Shown in pieces: positions 13,901-30,516 of a stretch of 64,000 bases of DNA. This stretch comes from Phoronis australis. Taxonomy: Eukaryota > Animalia > Phoronida. The notes under the pieces are model-generated. The model made no database searches, was not told the origin of the DNA, and saw only the letters and a list, made by a program, of their open reading frames with translations. Every line of letters starts with the position of its first letter. The first letter of the stretch is position 1. The translations under genes were made by a program, and so were the position numbers. The stretch is from assembly GCA_002633005.1 (NCBI GenBank), contig NMRA01000199.1, positions 88,505 to 152,504 of the forward strand. Reading direction: 5' to 3'.

Positions 13901-16900
13901 TAGCCCTTTGTGACGCTAGCTTGCGTTAACAAGAATTCAAATCTCAGTCCGTTCCAAGTCGATGACTACCTCACCGCTGTCACTTTATTTTGTCCATCTG
14001 TTGACAAACAGGAGGGAGTGGCAGCACAGAAAGCTGAAGATGAAGAGTCGTGTCTAGGGCAAGCCTACCTCAAGTATCTGGATGCCTTGTCCATAGACAG
14101 CAGTCGTGCTGTGTACAACTTCCATGTGGGTCGTATGCTGGTTGTGCAGGGAAACTATGACGATGCCGTGCTACGGCTGGAGCAGACCATCAGCTGGAAC
14201 CCCACTCACGAATGGGCAGGGTAATATGTAGTATGGAGTTGAAATGTGGCTTATAGCGTGTTTGGCCACACTGTAGAAGTCTGGCTAATAGCATGTCTTT
14301 CTGCATAGTAGTTTTCTTACTATTAGTGGGCTTGGATATGCAGTCGTGGTTTAATTTATTGCTCACCTAAACATTGATTCATTGTGACATAATGGCTTGG
14401 CAGTGTTTTTGTACTTATAGTTTAAGACAGCTAACAAATGAATACAGTTGGTATCATTAAAGTTAACTTTTGATTCAGATTGTTCTCAACTTTTTCATTA
14501 CCAAAGTCAAGGGGTCCATTCCCTCAGCTGTGACTTGAAGATCTTTAGATCGGCACATTTAATTAGTTTCCTTGGTCTGCCAATAGACAGTTCTGTAAGA
14601 TGGAGTCTTTGTAGTGAATTGACTGTACTCCAGGATACGTTTTCTTGACCTATAGCACAGTGAGGGTATGCTCGGCACATGAATAATAGCCAGTGTCTGA
14701 AATCTAAAGAGAATATCCTATTGCCACATGACATGATGTTTTTTTAAAGAATCTAAAATACGTTTGCAAAGCTTTTATTAGTAACTTCAAGTATTGGGTA
14801 GTCATTTCTGTGCTGTCAATGAACTGACAATTCCTATAGACCATGTTCAGCACACATAATGACACACCATGACAAGCTAACTAAGAGATCCTGGTCTCAA
14901 ATAATAACAAATTGATTAAAGTATTCAGGCATCTAAGTCTATACCAAATTGAGAAACGTGGATCTCAGACTCTGGGTGGGATAAGATGCTCATTACCAAA
15001 GATCTTTTAGTTTCTTGTGATCTAGTTTTAACTAATATTTTAATGTCAAAATGCCCAAATCAATGATGACACATGATTTCCTGTTTTAAATTGTTTTCTT
15101 ATATGTGAAAATTAATTTCATATTTTAATTGAACATAATTTCAGGTTTTACTTGGGTTTTGCTCTTTGTGCACGTAAGTCAGGCGCTGGGGAGAGATCTG
15201 AAGAGGCCATTAGTTACCTGTTACAGGGGATGGAGGTGCTGATGACTATGAACTCTGAATCAGCTCTCAAAGTTGAGGTGGACGGGTGAGTCTATATGTT
15301 TGGCTGAAGGCCTGCCATTTGGAATATGGCATTAAGTGTCATTGTGGGCAAAGTTATGGAATATTAATGAAAGTGCATGGTAAGAGTGTAGCGGGTTTTA
15401 ATTTAGTACATAGTACGTACTGAGTGCTGTTAGTAATTGCCTTGGGATATCGCAAGTCACACAATGATGAGTATTGAATGTTTTGACTTTAAATTTTGTG
15501 ATGATTACAATTGTTTAATGAGGCATGTTTACACTTATATTGTAAGAAGTTGGAATTAAGCTGTTTTGGCGGGTTACGTTGGACGACTTCAAGGAAATTA
15601 AATGAAGTGGTTTTCAAGCCAGAAATAAAACATTAATATGCACTCCATTAAGGCTACAGTAATAGAAAATGGGAAGTGTTAAGTTTGCCTTATTTTACGA
15701 CTCAATTTTTTGTGACGCAGCGCAAAATTTTTAAAAATATTTTTAAGGGCTTTTAGCGATCTGTATGGTAAAATGGTATGTCTTGTTTAATGTTGCCAGA
15801 AGACAATGAATGTGAAAAGACCAACATTTGATAAGGTCAATGACACGCGTTCTTTTTGACTTAAATCTTCCTCAAAGAATTAAATTAATAATTGCTTAAT
15901 TTTTGTAGGGATGTCAAGAAAACTTTGTATGGTGAGGATCCTCTACAAAACACAAACGTCCATCTTCTCCGCGGTATTAATGAGTTGGCGAAGCTGTTAG
16001 TCACAACACCAGTCAAAGATGCCATGAGCCCAGAGGATATCTGTCATGTGTAAGACGAGTATACCAAATATGGTTTTACTGTTTAAACAAAAATATGTTA
16101 CAATAAGCCTATGAAACTGGATTGAAATGTTTCCTTGTCGTGATGGAATTAATTTCATTTTCGATTTTGTGTAAAGTACTATTTAGCTGACTACCTGGTG
16201 AATTTTAAAAAGTTTAGTGTATAATATTGTCTAGTCTTTTTCCAATCATGGTACTTAAATATTCAAAGAATTTGCAATGTGTATCTATTGAATGTTACAG
16301 GGCTGCCCTGTTGTCCTCGCACACATTGTCTAGTCTGGCACGTGGCGACGTCTATCAACAGTTTGAGTGGATCTTATTGGACGCTCATATGCGTCTGCTT
16401 CAGATAGCCTCAACAAAACAGAAAGATAACCACAAACTCATAGCCAGCCGCTGTGAGAAGCTACTGGCACTAATTCGATTTTCGTCCATACCCATGAATG
16501 AAGAACTACTTTCATTACAGAACAAGGTACGGTATTCGTGAATGTCATATTGGGCATAGGTTGTATTGATATGTATTGCTATGTCATGTTGGACATAAGT
16601 TGTATTGATACATATTGCACTGATATTTGTTGATGCAAAAATATGTTGCAGCAAATTTGGAATTCAGATTTTTTTTCTTAAGTTAAACAGCTGAAATTTT
16701 GCTTTCAATTCATATTTTTGTCTGAAGTTAAAACAGCTGAAATTTTGATTTCATTCAATTACAAAAATTGTTTTTCATTGAAAATAAATAGGTAACCTTT
16801 GTTTTTATATTATGCAATCTTCAATAAAATTATTCCAAATGGATTTTACTGTGCTCATTATGATTGTAATTATTATTCAGACATGTCAAACATTAGTGAG

Positions 16901-19900
16901 TCTGAACCCGTGTAACAACCAAGCCTTGTATCGCCTTGGAGCGGCTCTTCTGGATCACTATGACAACAGTTCAAGTGGTGATGCAGCTGATAAACTGCTG
17001 GATGACGCACGTAGATCATTTGAGGCAGCCATTGCTCTTGAAGGAAAACCGGCCAGTGGAGAGCCACCAGAGCAACTGACTGGTAAGGCTGTTTGTTTGG
17101 GTACAGAATTATACTCAATGTGACTATAATATTTGTTGATGTTTTTGATTGCTTGTAAGAAGACGTGAATGCAGAATTCCGTAAAAGTGAAGATGATGGA
17201 GGTCATTTAGTATCAAGTGGAAATGTTATTAGTTTTAAAAACAATTGATGAATTTTATCACAACCTAGTTTTCTTGAAATTGTAAAAAAATTCATGAACA
17301 TCAAAATTTGTTGTAAACTGTATGGACAAAAATATTTTTTCTTTTGGCATTAAATGCACTCAATTAATGATCATATCTTTGTTCATAGTGTCTCAATTGA
17401 AAACAAAAATGCTGGATTTCTATTTCAGCACAACAATGGTGGCAGGATAAGTTAAAGGAAGAAATTGAGAAAAAGAAAGCTGCTGAGGCAAAAACTGCAC
17501 CGCCACCTGCTGGACGGGGTGGCACTGCTGCCCGAGGCGCTGGTGCGGGCAGGGGCGCTGCTGGTGCTGCCCCTAGAGCACGGGGGGCTCTTGCAGCCAA
17601 GGGAGCAGCAGCACCTCGAGGGGCTGCTAGAGGGGGAAGAGGGGCGCCTGCAGCCAGGGGCGCACCAGCACCTAGAGGTGGCGCTGCTGCTGCTAGGGGA
17701 GGAAAGGCACCTGCTGTAGCTGGAAAGGTTTGTGTAGTACTGGGTCATGAAATGTATCTTTTTAATATGCATTAATTGTAAGTGTACAGTTTAATCCATT
17801 AGCAAGTGCCAAAATACTGATAGCACCTTTGGTTTTTGTTAATTAAAACGATTTGCTTGATATCCACCTTTAAGAACATTCCTATACATAATATTTTCCA
17901 AGCCTGAAATAGGATGATTTCTCAATGTAATCTAAACTGCTACTTCATGGCATACACAGCTGTTCTTGTTTGTTTCAGACTGCAGCCAAACCAGCTGCCA
18001 AGTCTCCGTCAGCTACCAGTGCTAGTCCACCTAAAGAGGTTGACAAGCCAGCGAGTCCAGCTAAAGCTGAAGGTATTTCCTCTTGTTTCATCGTTTTGCC
18101 TGTGAATGAAAAATTAATCATAATGAACTTGTTTGTAACCTTTGAGGTCATCACACTGCATGTTGGCAGTCGTGTAGTTTATCTCAACAGAGGGCAGTCG
18201 TGTAGTTTATCTCAACAGAGGTTTCTCAGTCTTGGAACTTCACTGTGGAAATACTTGAAAGAAAGAACTGGTAACAAAACATTTTATGAAATAAGTGAGA
18301 ATAGACGACAAACACACATCCGAAAATTCCATTGAACTCAATACAGCACCATTCAGTGGTCTATTGTCAATGCATAATACAATTATGTAGACCCCTGCAC
18401 AGTAAAAAAAATCTACATATTCTTGGTAATGGCATGCCATGGCATTTTTTACATTATACTGTTTGTCATTCATTATGTGGGTAACTGTTTATTTTTTAAT
18501 TAAAGTATTCTATTCTAAAATTACGGGTAATTTCCAGTAATGATGTTTAGTTCCCTGGGAATTACTCACCTTGACATCTGAATGCTTTTGATTCACTTTC
18601 AGAGAAGCTGTAAGGGTGAGTTACATATGGGAAGCTCATCGAATCTTTTGCATGTGCTGTACTATATATTTTAAGTCTGGTCTGCATGCCCCCTATTGGT
18701 GCAGACCAGACTTAATGTTTGTGATTATATTTCCATGCTGGTTTAAGATTTACTTAATTTGTACTGTAATATAGGCAAGATATGTGACTTTTCTTTTAGA
18801 AGCTCCTGCCACTGAAAGCTCAGCGCCCAGCCAAAGTGCCACCACAGCTCCCATTAACAAGAAGATGTATCAGACACGACTAGGTTTAGCCAGGGTTCTC
18901 ACGCGAAAAGAGGAAACTCTGGCCGACTCTGCCAAGTACTTCCACGAGGTTATCACCATGGCCCCTGAGGTAATAACAATATGTTTTGGCACTTACATGT
19001 CTTGGCTGATTGAAAATCAAATAATATTGTCCTGAAATAAATCACTGGTCTGTTAAGGAACTAATTGTGTGAATAGCTGATGGCAGTTTTGGCATAAAAT
19101 TTCAATATTCATGATTATATCTCTCCCATATACTATAAAATCTCATCAGTTTCCAACAAAAATGATTGTCAAATTCTTTTTAATCATGTTTTGAGGGTCT
19201 CTAACTCTTAAGGGTTGTGAATGCGCAAAATTTTTCAAACTATTGTCTTTTGGTGGGTAGTATGTGCTATATCTGCTGTATGAAGCTTCAACATGGACAA
19301 GTGGTAATTTGGTGCCACATGTTTTGTATGGGGAAAAGGGAGAGAATAAAATTTAATTTACCTGTCATATTGTGTTCTAAATCAGTGACATTTTACTGTA
19401 CCTCACAACCGGGTCACTTGCTCAGTAGTTTCCAGCTTCAAATTTCATTCCTCGGTCGTATGGGTTTTCGGTAAAGTGGACACAATCATTTATACTCATT
19501 GACAAGTCAACCTTACATCTGAGTAACTATTCAAAAGGTGTCCAGCTGGTTTAAATGTTTAACATGATGTGGTGAATCATTTGTATTATAGAGCTTGTCC
19601 AATCACAAATGCTTGAAACCAAGTTGACCCTGAGCCATTTGTTTCAAATTCATTGTCCAATAGACATGTAATTAACATTCTGTAGAATGACAGTAACTTT
19701 AAGTTTTGTCACATAAACTTAACACTTAAACTTCTTTTACGAAGGTCCATGATGCTTATATAGAATTTGGGGAGAAGATTGCACCGAAGGACCCAATGGC
19801 TGCTGTAGACGTATACTGCAGATTCCCCTTGTCAGACAATCCATCATTTGACGATGCATACATCCTTGGGGAAATTGTACGGCTGCTGATGAAAGCGGAG

Positions 19901-21060
19901 CAATATGACGATCCACGACTTGGACCTAACATGATTGCATATGGGAAGGTGATGGGCTTAGGTGAGTGATGATTAACCTTTGAGTGTGTTAGACTTCAGA
20001 GGCTAACAAGGATTTTTAATGTTATGTAATTGTGGCAGTAGACAAAGGCCTGCATGCAGCAGTCATGAATAACTAATTTTTTAAATACACTTTCACATCA
20101 ATACAGAAATGTAAATATTAACCTTTTATTCAAAATTCACGGAGGTAGTAAGTCCAAAATTATGGTATTGCATGTGATACTGCGTGGTCTTATAGTGATT
20201 TAAAAAAATTACTAAAATTGGTCAATTGAAAGGACTGGTTTGGTTAAAGGGGAGTGCATCCATTTATGATGTTACCTTTAGTAATAGTAAAAATACAGAT
20301 CGTTGCCAATTTTGGGGGTGACCTCTTTCCAAGTTAATTACTCTCCATGTTATGATAATAATAATTGACTTTAACAAGTCAGCAGAAGACCTGTATCATC
20401 ATCCTTTGCTGAGCAAACACACATGACTGACACAGACTGTGTTCAATGGTTCATGCAAGTATGAAGTATTTGAGTTTGTTCAATGGAGGTGAAATGTAAA
20501 ATCAAGATGCAGACCATTAGATTATTAGGTATCGTGGGTTGTGAATAATAACCATGAAAACAGTAATTAATATTTAGTTACAGGGTATCGCCTGGATATA
20601 TTTAGGGATTTGTATTTCTACTAATTGCACCATCAAAAATTTTGTTCCATTTGAAACTAAGGCAGAAACTAATTTAACAAAAAATTTTTAAAAAGTCATA
20701 AAAAGTCTGATATGTAAGCCATTCATAAATCCATTGTAGTTTGGATTGTTCCTTAATCGACAGAGCTGATAGAACAGACTGAAGATGATTGATAAAACTG
20801 TGCACTGACACACATTTAGCAACAGATGGCACCACTATACTGTAACTACGTGTAACTGTTTCCAGTTTACATGATGTCAAGTTGGTTGTGAATATTAACA
20901 TGACTCGTAATATCTTGCAGGTGTTCTAGAGAAGTATGTACAGAAACTTGATGACAAGTTTAAGACAGATCTGCTCAAGTCAGTCTATGCTGGAGTGAAT
21001 GGCAAGACTGTAGACGACCCCGAGATGCAGGCATTCTTTAAATTCAAATGCTGGATCTAG
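3402..21060 (+). CDS. Uncharacterised 1105-aa multidomain protein: 2x cadherin-like beta-sandwich + U-box-like domain + TPR-like repeats + RG/RGG-rich low-complexity region + C-terminal helical domain (20 coding exons)
   Basis: GT-AG exons with matching phases: 3402-3485, 4104-4181, 5486-5690, 6465-6631, 7329-7626, 8053-8126, 8748-8798, 10527-10641, 12641-12816, 13294-13524, 14012-14220, 15145-15285, 15909-16049, 16301-16526, 16881-17082, 17429-17727, 17979-18072, 18800-18969, 19745-19961, 20921-21060. Total 3318 nt, open from ATG (MNDCDLDKLSIKPGKLSPAF...) to ...FFKFKCWI TAG. Cadherin-like motifs: LSPAF..DVTEY / IKVEVTAEDGTTKFY and LSPVF..DVLEY / IEVEVTSVDGSNKNTY. U-box-like: EFEDPVSL..FYRPISI...HTFS..IV......KFDPLNENPL. 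TPR-like: AYLKYLDALSIDSSRAVYNFHVGRMLVVQGNYDDAVLRLEQTISWNP. Confidence 0.9.
4338..5100 (+). mobile_element. Helentron/DINE-1-like non-autonomous element (HINE-like)
   Basis: 5' short hairpin gtagcccct...aggggttac (4338-4368), then an (ATT)n(GTT)n microsatellite (about 4413-4447), and a 3' stem-loop gtgcacttacccaaat/atttgggttaatgctcac (5054-5092). This is the layout of DINE-1/pearl-type elements. Confidence 0.45.
9111..10255. mobile_element. About 1.15-kb foldback-like element with subterminal repeats and an internal 238-bp tandem duplication
   Basis: Left part has repeated tttgtaaattcaa-like units and right part their complements (ttgaatttacgaaa). 9643-9880 is nearly identical to 9881-10095 (cttcccaccgacaggatttgcaaaacagaatctccaaaagagga...). 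Confidence 0.65.
10843..10935. repeat. (CA)n microsatellite
   Basis: About 46 CA units with few interruptions; source of the HTHT and CVCV pseudo-ORFs. Confidence 0.97.
11372..11630. repeat. Minisatellite, about 50-60-bp unit, about 5 copies
   Basis: Repeated cataactagat(c/t)g(c/t)taattgagtttgtgtattctgctgagtgacatgtg. Confidence 0.85.
18671..18715. repeat. Perfect 16-bp inverted repeat (hairpin) in a gene 1 intron
   Basis: TTAAGTCTGGTCTGCA (18671-18686), 13-nt loop, TGCAGACCAGACTTAA (18700-18715). Confidence 0.85.
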
Positions 21061-22091
21061 TGGTCTACAAATCAAATCTTTTGTGAACTGTGTTGGTGTC
21101 TGTTGTCCCACAAACCACATTCAGCTCCATCTTAAAAAAATGTAAAATACCTAATATACAGAGGAAATTTAAGGTTTGTTGATTTTTTGATAGTCTGAAT
21201 TTTATGTCAGGGTTGTGCTTTGAATCATGCTGAGATCACTGACTTCATCTGTTTTCTTGTTGCAGTATGGATTTTTTTGAATTTGTGACAGTATGTTGAT
21301 TTTATGCATCTCAAATAGGTACGCGGGTTAACATCATGTTATTTTCCCTGCATTATTAAAGTAGTAGGATGAATTTTTTGTGATGTATGTAGTCCGTATT
21401 TCCTGTTTTGCATTCTAGTTTGCTTTAAAAGGAGCTGTAATTAAAACTCAGTGACATGTCTGTTTTTTGAGTTAGTCCTGGACCATTAGGTTAATATGCA
21501 CTATATGCTATAATATGTATATTTGCGAGCTGAGAAAGAGATGGGCCTGAAGAGCTGTGTTGTTGTTAGAACTGTAACATTTGCCACTCGAATTATTTTG
21601 CATCTGTGGGTTTGTTATTCCAACTTGATGATAGCGTGTTGTGTCATATCAAGTCCTAACATTTCCAGGGTCTTATTGTTAATCGGGGGCTCGGTACTCA
21701 CTGGGTATTGTTAATGAAGAACACTGGGGTCCTCTTTTTATTGTTCTTGACAGAGTAATAAACTGGAAGCTGTTCACATGCAAGGGCACGTTCTCGGATT
21801 AAGTCTCCCAAGTGAACCTGGTGGCTGGACAGGTGTTACACCAGCGCCACCTTGTGAAGTTTTAGCTCGCTGCAGTTGCAGGGAACAGTATTGTATGCTT
21901 ATTACAAGTTGTTAGTCTTCCGTCCACTTGACTGCTATTTCCGAAGTGAACTATGTCTTACTCAGAGATTTCTATTTTTAGATGTTATTTTAACAGTTTA
22001 TTAAGTTTTATATACGTTTGTGTGTGTCTATGTTTGTGTTACTTTTACCAAAGCTGTGTGTGCTCTATCATGTGTTTATGGTTATGATAGT

Positions 22092-22097
22092 ATTAAA
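22092..22097 (+). terminator. Candidate polyadenylation signal of gene 1 (ATTAAA)
   Basis: About 1 kb downstream of the stop; an AATAAA also lies at 22179-22184 inside the MITE. Confidence 0.4.
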
Positions 22098-22159
22098 TTC
22101 TTTAAAAAAACAATGGTTCTATATAGTTTCCCTTCAAAAGGGTCTATAAGTGTTCAGCA

Positions 22160-22493
22160 CAGGGCCTTTACTAATTGAAATAAAACTTATTTTTGAAATT
22201 TTCCATTCTACTTTTGCGCGAACTCAATATAAGTGGTTATTATTCTGTGGTCGAATACACCATAGTTTATGTGAATGAATGTCTAATCCTGGCTTGCACC
22301 CGATTACACCAGCACTAATGCCAAAGTTTGAGTCTGAAGTGAGCTTGTAGGTCTAATCTATGAACCATCAAGTATGAACTGAACTTCGCACTCATCAAGA
22401 AGACAAAAACAGACACTCAACTTGAGATCACACAAAGGTAGAACAGAAAATGTCCAACACAATTTCAAGTACAAATATTAGACCCTGGCCCTG
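22160..22493. mobile_element. MITE with CAGGGCC...GGCCCTG termini between the convergent 3' ends of gene 1 and RAD51
   Basis: Terminal inverted repeats. The right arm gtagaacagaaaatgtc...atttcaagta...attagaccc is shared with 42849-42900 and partly with 347-430. Confidence 0.65.
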
Positions 22494-22655
22494 CATACAA
22501 ACACAGCTCGCAGTCTAATAGCGTTATCTGTGCAATAGGCTGTCTAGCACTAGAAATGATTTCAAGATGAAGCCATCAGAGATCAAATCAAGTGCACAGG
22601 ACCATAAACCAGTAATGGTAATAAAGACCAAAACACAAACAGTTTAAAATATAAT

Positions 22656-22661
22656 TTTATT
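22656..22661 (-). terminator. Candidate polyadenylation signal of RAD51 (AATAAA on -)
   Basis: TTTATT on +, followed on the minus strand by a GT/T-rich downstream tract (ctgtttgtgttttgg). Confidence 0.5.
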
Positions 22662-24423
22662 GAAAGAGTCCAATACACTAGAATACTGATAATAGTCTTC
22701 GATAATTGATGCTCAGGACAGTGAGATGAGAAAGTAAGGCTGTAATGGGTTACAAAATTTTCAGTTTGGTTCGGTTCCTGTTTTCCTCTTGGTTCCCAAG
22801 ACGTGCATGAAACGTTTTTTTATCACTGCAAAAATACTATTGGTCGTGTGTTTTTAAACTATTAGAAACCATGAGATGCACTTTTCGTCTTGAATGTGAG
22901 TTTAGACACATTCCTACTAAAGTGCATCTTCAGGTAAATAGTTACATGTAAACAGTCTCTTCAGATACTTAGTAACTTTATACTATACATGTACTCAGTG
23001 CACCTGAAGATGTTTCATGACCAATAGAGCAAAACATTTGAGGCTTACGATAATAGATTTCTTTGTTATTGCAAATATTTTTAAATTCTTAACCCAGTTT
23101 GGCCAATGGTGTTATGAAGTGTCATTCATTTGACAAAAATCGTACCAGTCGCAAAATCTATTTACTGCATTTATACATCGTTCACATGCCATCCCATCAG
23201 TAGGGGCTGATACCCTAACTGAAAGAAATTCACATGTGAACGCTCGTCAAACTTCTGACCTGCCTCCTAAACGTTTGCCCCAAATGCGACAGAAGATTTG
23301 CCTTCTTACCATGAGAAGCCTACATTACAATGAAGAAACGTGTGGCTGGACTGTTCCCTCATTACCATCAATTGATTGGCCACATCAGTATTTTACACAT
23401 CAATGTTATGAATTACCACTTAAGCCAGCAAATAACACGCCTTGAGTTGGCAAATGCTCTTTTCAACGCCTGGTCTATCCCTTCATCAGATGTCCTACAC
23501 GCCTTCTCACAACTCCACACTTGAACGTGACATTAGATACACCAAGCACCTCACACTCTAGATGGATCGAACTGCAGTTCAAAATAATTTTAAGCACCAA
23601 TTACAGCCCTTTTAAAACCCAGTGGAGATATGAAATGCACTGGGCCCATATTCGCAGCAGATGACGACTTTTCTTCAAAAAAAGGATGCCTGGGTTGACC
23701 TTTAAATGTTTGACTTTTACCCTAACAGCAATGAAGATGTCGATTCATATGATTGTAAAACAAACTGACTGAAAGCATAACAAGTGTTAAACGCAACCAT
23801 AACAACCACTTCCAAAATGATTTATATACACTGCAAAGATAAGCTGGTTCAGTGACCTCTGAAGTACAGTACAAGACAAAAGAATTCAAACAACAAAACG
23901 ATGGCTAAGTCTGTTAACAGGAAGAATTACTCTTACTAGGGGGGAGGGGGGAGGGGGGGCAAAATTCTACTTACAGAATGGCTTAAGCCACCTTAGGGCT
24001 GTTCCAGTACAAATGTAACTTCCCTTTCATTCTGTCATGATGGAAGGCTACTCTGTTGATAAATTTTGGCATCCCTCCAGCAGTCATGAAGAGGAATTCC
24101 GTCATTTTGTCTGAATATACTGGGCTCGTACTGTAGCGTAACTGGGGAATAAAGCAAATGATACTACTACCAAGTCGTCCATCTTCTAACTAGAAAATAG
24201 AGACCTCAAAGAATATGCTACAAAGGTAATTAAAACCCCACAGTATAAATATGGAACAAGTTTGTAGATTCCTGAACAATCATAAACCTATTACTTTCAA
24301 CCTGTAACCACAGAAGCAGTGAGTGTCATACACCATGACAATGTTGTGCACTGTGTTAGAGTCTCAACATGGCTGTCCCACGGCACAAAATATTCTCGTC
24401 TCCAGTTTGCTTGATTTCTCTTC

Positions 24424-28896
<4,473 letters not shown>

Positions 28897-30093
28897 AATT
28901 ACAACACAGATTCACCTGAAAAACAAGTTCAACAATGAGAGATAACCAAGGTTTTACAATTTGATTTGAATTTATTTTCTGGTGAGTGCTTAGGAACTGA
29001 TAGGATACTGAGTGATATGCCGTTTTTAAAAGTTTCATAGCGTCAGTGGTCACTCAGATAGTCCACAGCTGTGTTGGTCAGTTGCCCTACCGTAAGTTTT
29101 TACATCGGCATCTTGATGACCTAAACATAGACTCAAGCCTGTCACAAGGTTCCATGAGTGATTAGGAAAAATCATGGAAGGCACAAAATAGACTATTGAA
29201 ATGCTATAATGTTTGGTTTGATCATGAAGCTTTTCATGTAAGAAGAGACAACATTTCACCATCATAGTGAAGAGGGAAACCTTGCAAATTGTAGATGTTT
29301 TTACATCCTTCCAACACCATGCAATCATACAGTCAACATTTTTTCCACATGCTTCTTCATTCACCATCAAAATTAATAGTTGACTTCCATGTTACTTTCA
29401 CCATGCTTGAGGACTGAGGAGGCATGGCAGACGGGGCCATGTCTAATGATTCGCTATGAAATCAGCAATTCACAGCAGCTACGTTAACTAAGCCATCAGC
29501 AGTGGCTGAATTGCTCAACCATGGTTTATCACCTCAATTATCAGTTTGTCTATCGAGTTACGGGCTGGTACAGTGAGACGTAATTTAACGTGTCTCACTG
29601 CTGCGCTGGCCTTTAGCCGCGCGCACCCTCTATTGGCATCAGAAGACGACTGTTGCGTGTCTTGGTGCTTGCCGACGTTGGCTGTCCCGGCCCTTATGCC
29701 GGTGATGGCGCTACATGAATATTCAGTGGCCCTTATGCGGACGATACAAAGGCTGGTGCGAGGACTGGACCGGGATGATTCTTCTCTTGACCGACTACCA
29801 CACTTATAGGAGCACCTTCAATTACTATTGCAAAGTAAGACACCTTTAGAACTTACTACAGGAATGCTTTTTTTTAATATTCTAAGTTTTTCTCGAGACA
29901 CCGGCCAAACATTTCGCCATTATAAAAAGTTGGGCCCTGCACTTTGGTATATAAATTTCAATGTATAATAATAGCAAATTGAATTTCTGTGGACTGAAAA
30001 ACCGAGCTTTGTTTAACAGGTCTCTCAATACTTTGCAAATCTTCTAGTTTGACTTACGTAAGCGGGGCAGGTCAGCAACACCAGGACAAACTC

Positions 30094-30193
30094 AAGGACC
30101 TCGCTAAAATCAAGTCAAAATCACGTATTCTCATTCCGTAATCTCGCAAAGCCTTGCTTTTAACGAGGTCCTGGCGTTTCTGAACTCAGGGCA
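30094..30193. mobile_element. Truncated copy of the 55417-55694 MITE family
   Basis: aaggacctcgctaaaatcaagtcaaaatcacgtattctc...taatctcgcaaagccttgcttttaacgaggtcctggcgtttctgaac matches the right arm of 55417-55694. Confidence 0.7.
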
Positions 30194-30392
30194 ACTGTCG
30201 TTGTAACTTGTAACAATGATGAAACTCTTGAAGATTTGATCATGTGTCTTCGCCACTGTCACTGAACATTACAATCACGTCGATCGGGTTCATTTTACAG
30301 AAAAGTCGGATCTATTTGGTCCCCTAAAACTCTTAGAGTTTACAAGAAATACAATGAAATGCATTTTCCACAGAAACTTCTATCCACTCTAC

Positions 30393-30516
30393 CTGCGAAT
30401 TTCCAAAGATACTTGGGAATCGTTTCTATTTTGATGTTCACCGTTCCTGACAAGTTTAAGCACACCCGCCAAATTGACGTCATCGAGAAATGAGCCAGGC
30501 TAACTTTCATTTCAAA
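30393..30516 (-). promoter_or_regulatory. Candidate RAD51 promoter and non-coding first exon (E2F site, CRE, CHR)
   Basis: On the minus strand: TTTGGCGGG (E2F-like, 30465-30473), palindromic TGACGTCA (CRE, 30475-30482) and TTTGAAA (CHR-like, 30510-30516). A CAG|GTAGA donor at 30393 could splice to the acceptor at 28915, just upstream of the RAD51 ATG. Confidence 0.55.

Noticed and set aside
17364-17772. Antisense and alternative-frame ORFs over the RG-rich exon
   Set aside because: Shadow ORFs of a GC-rich coding exon; the real frame is the RG-rich one.
18603-18615. Possible micro-exon (tttcag AGAAGCTGTAAGG gtgagt) in gene 1
   Set aside because: No splice-site pair preserves the frame, and the direct 18072-18800 junction is already in phase.
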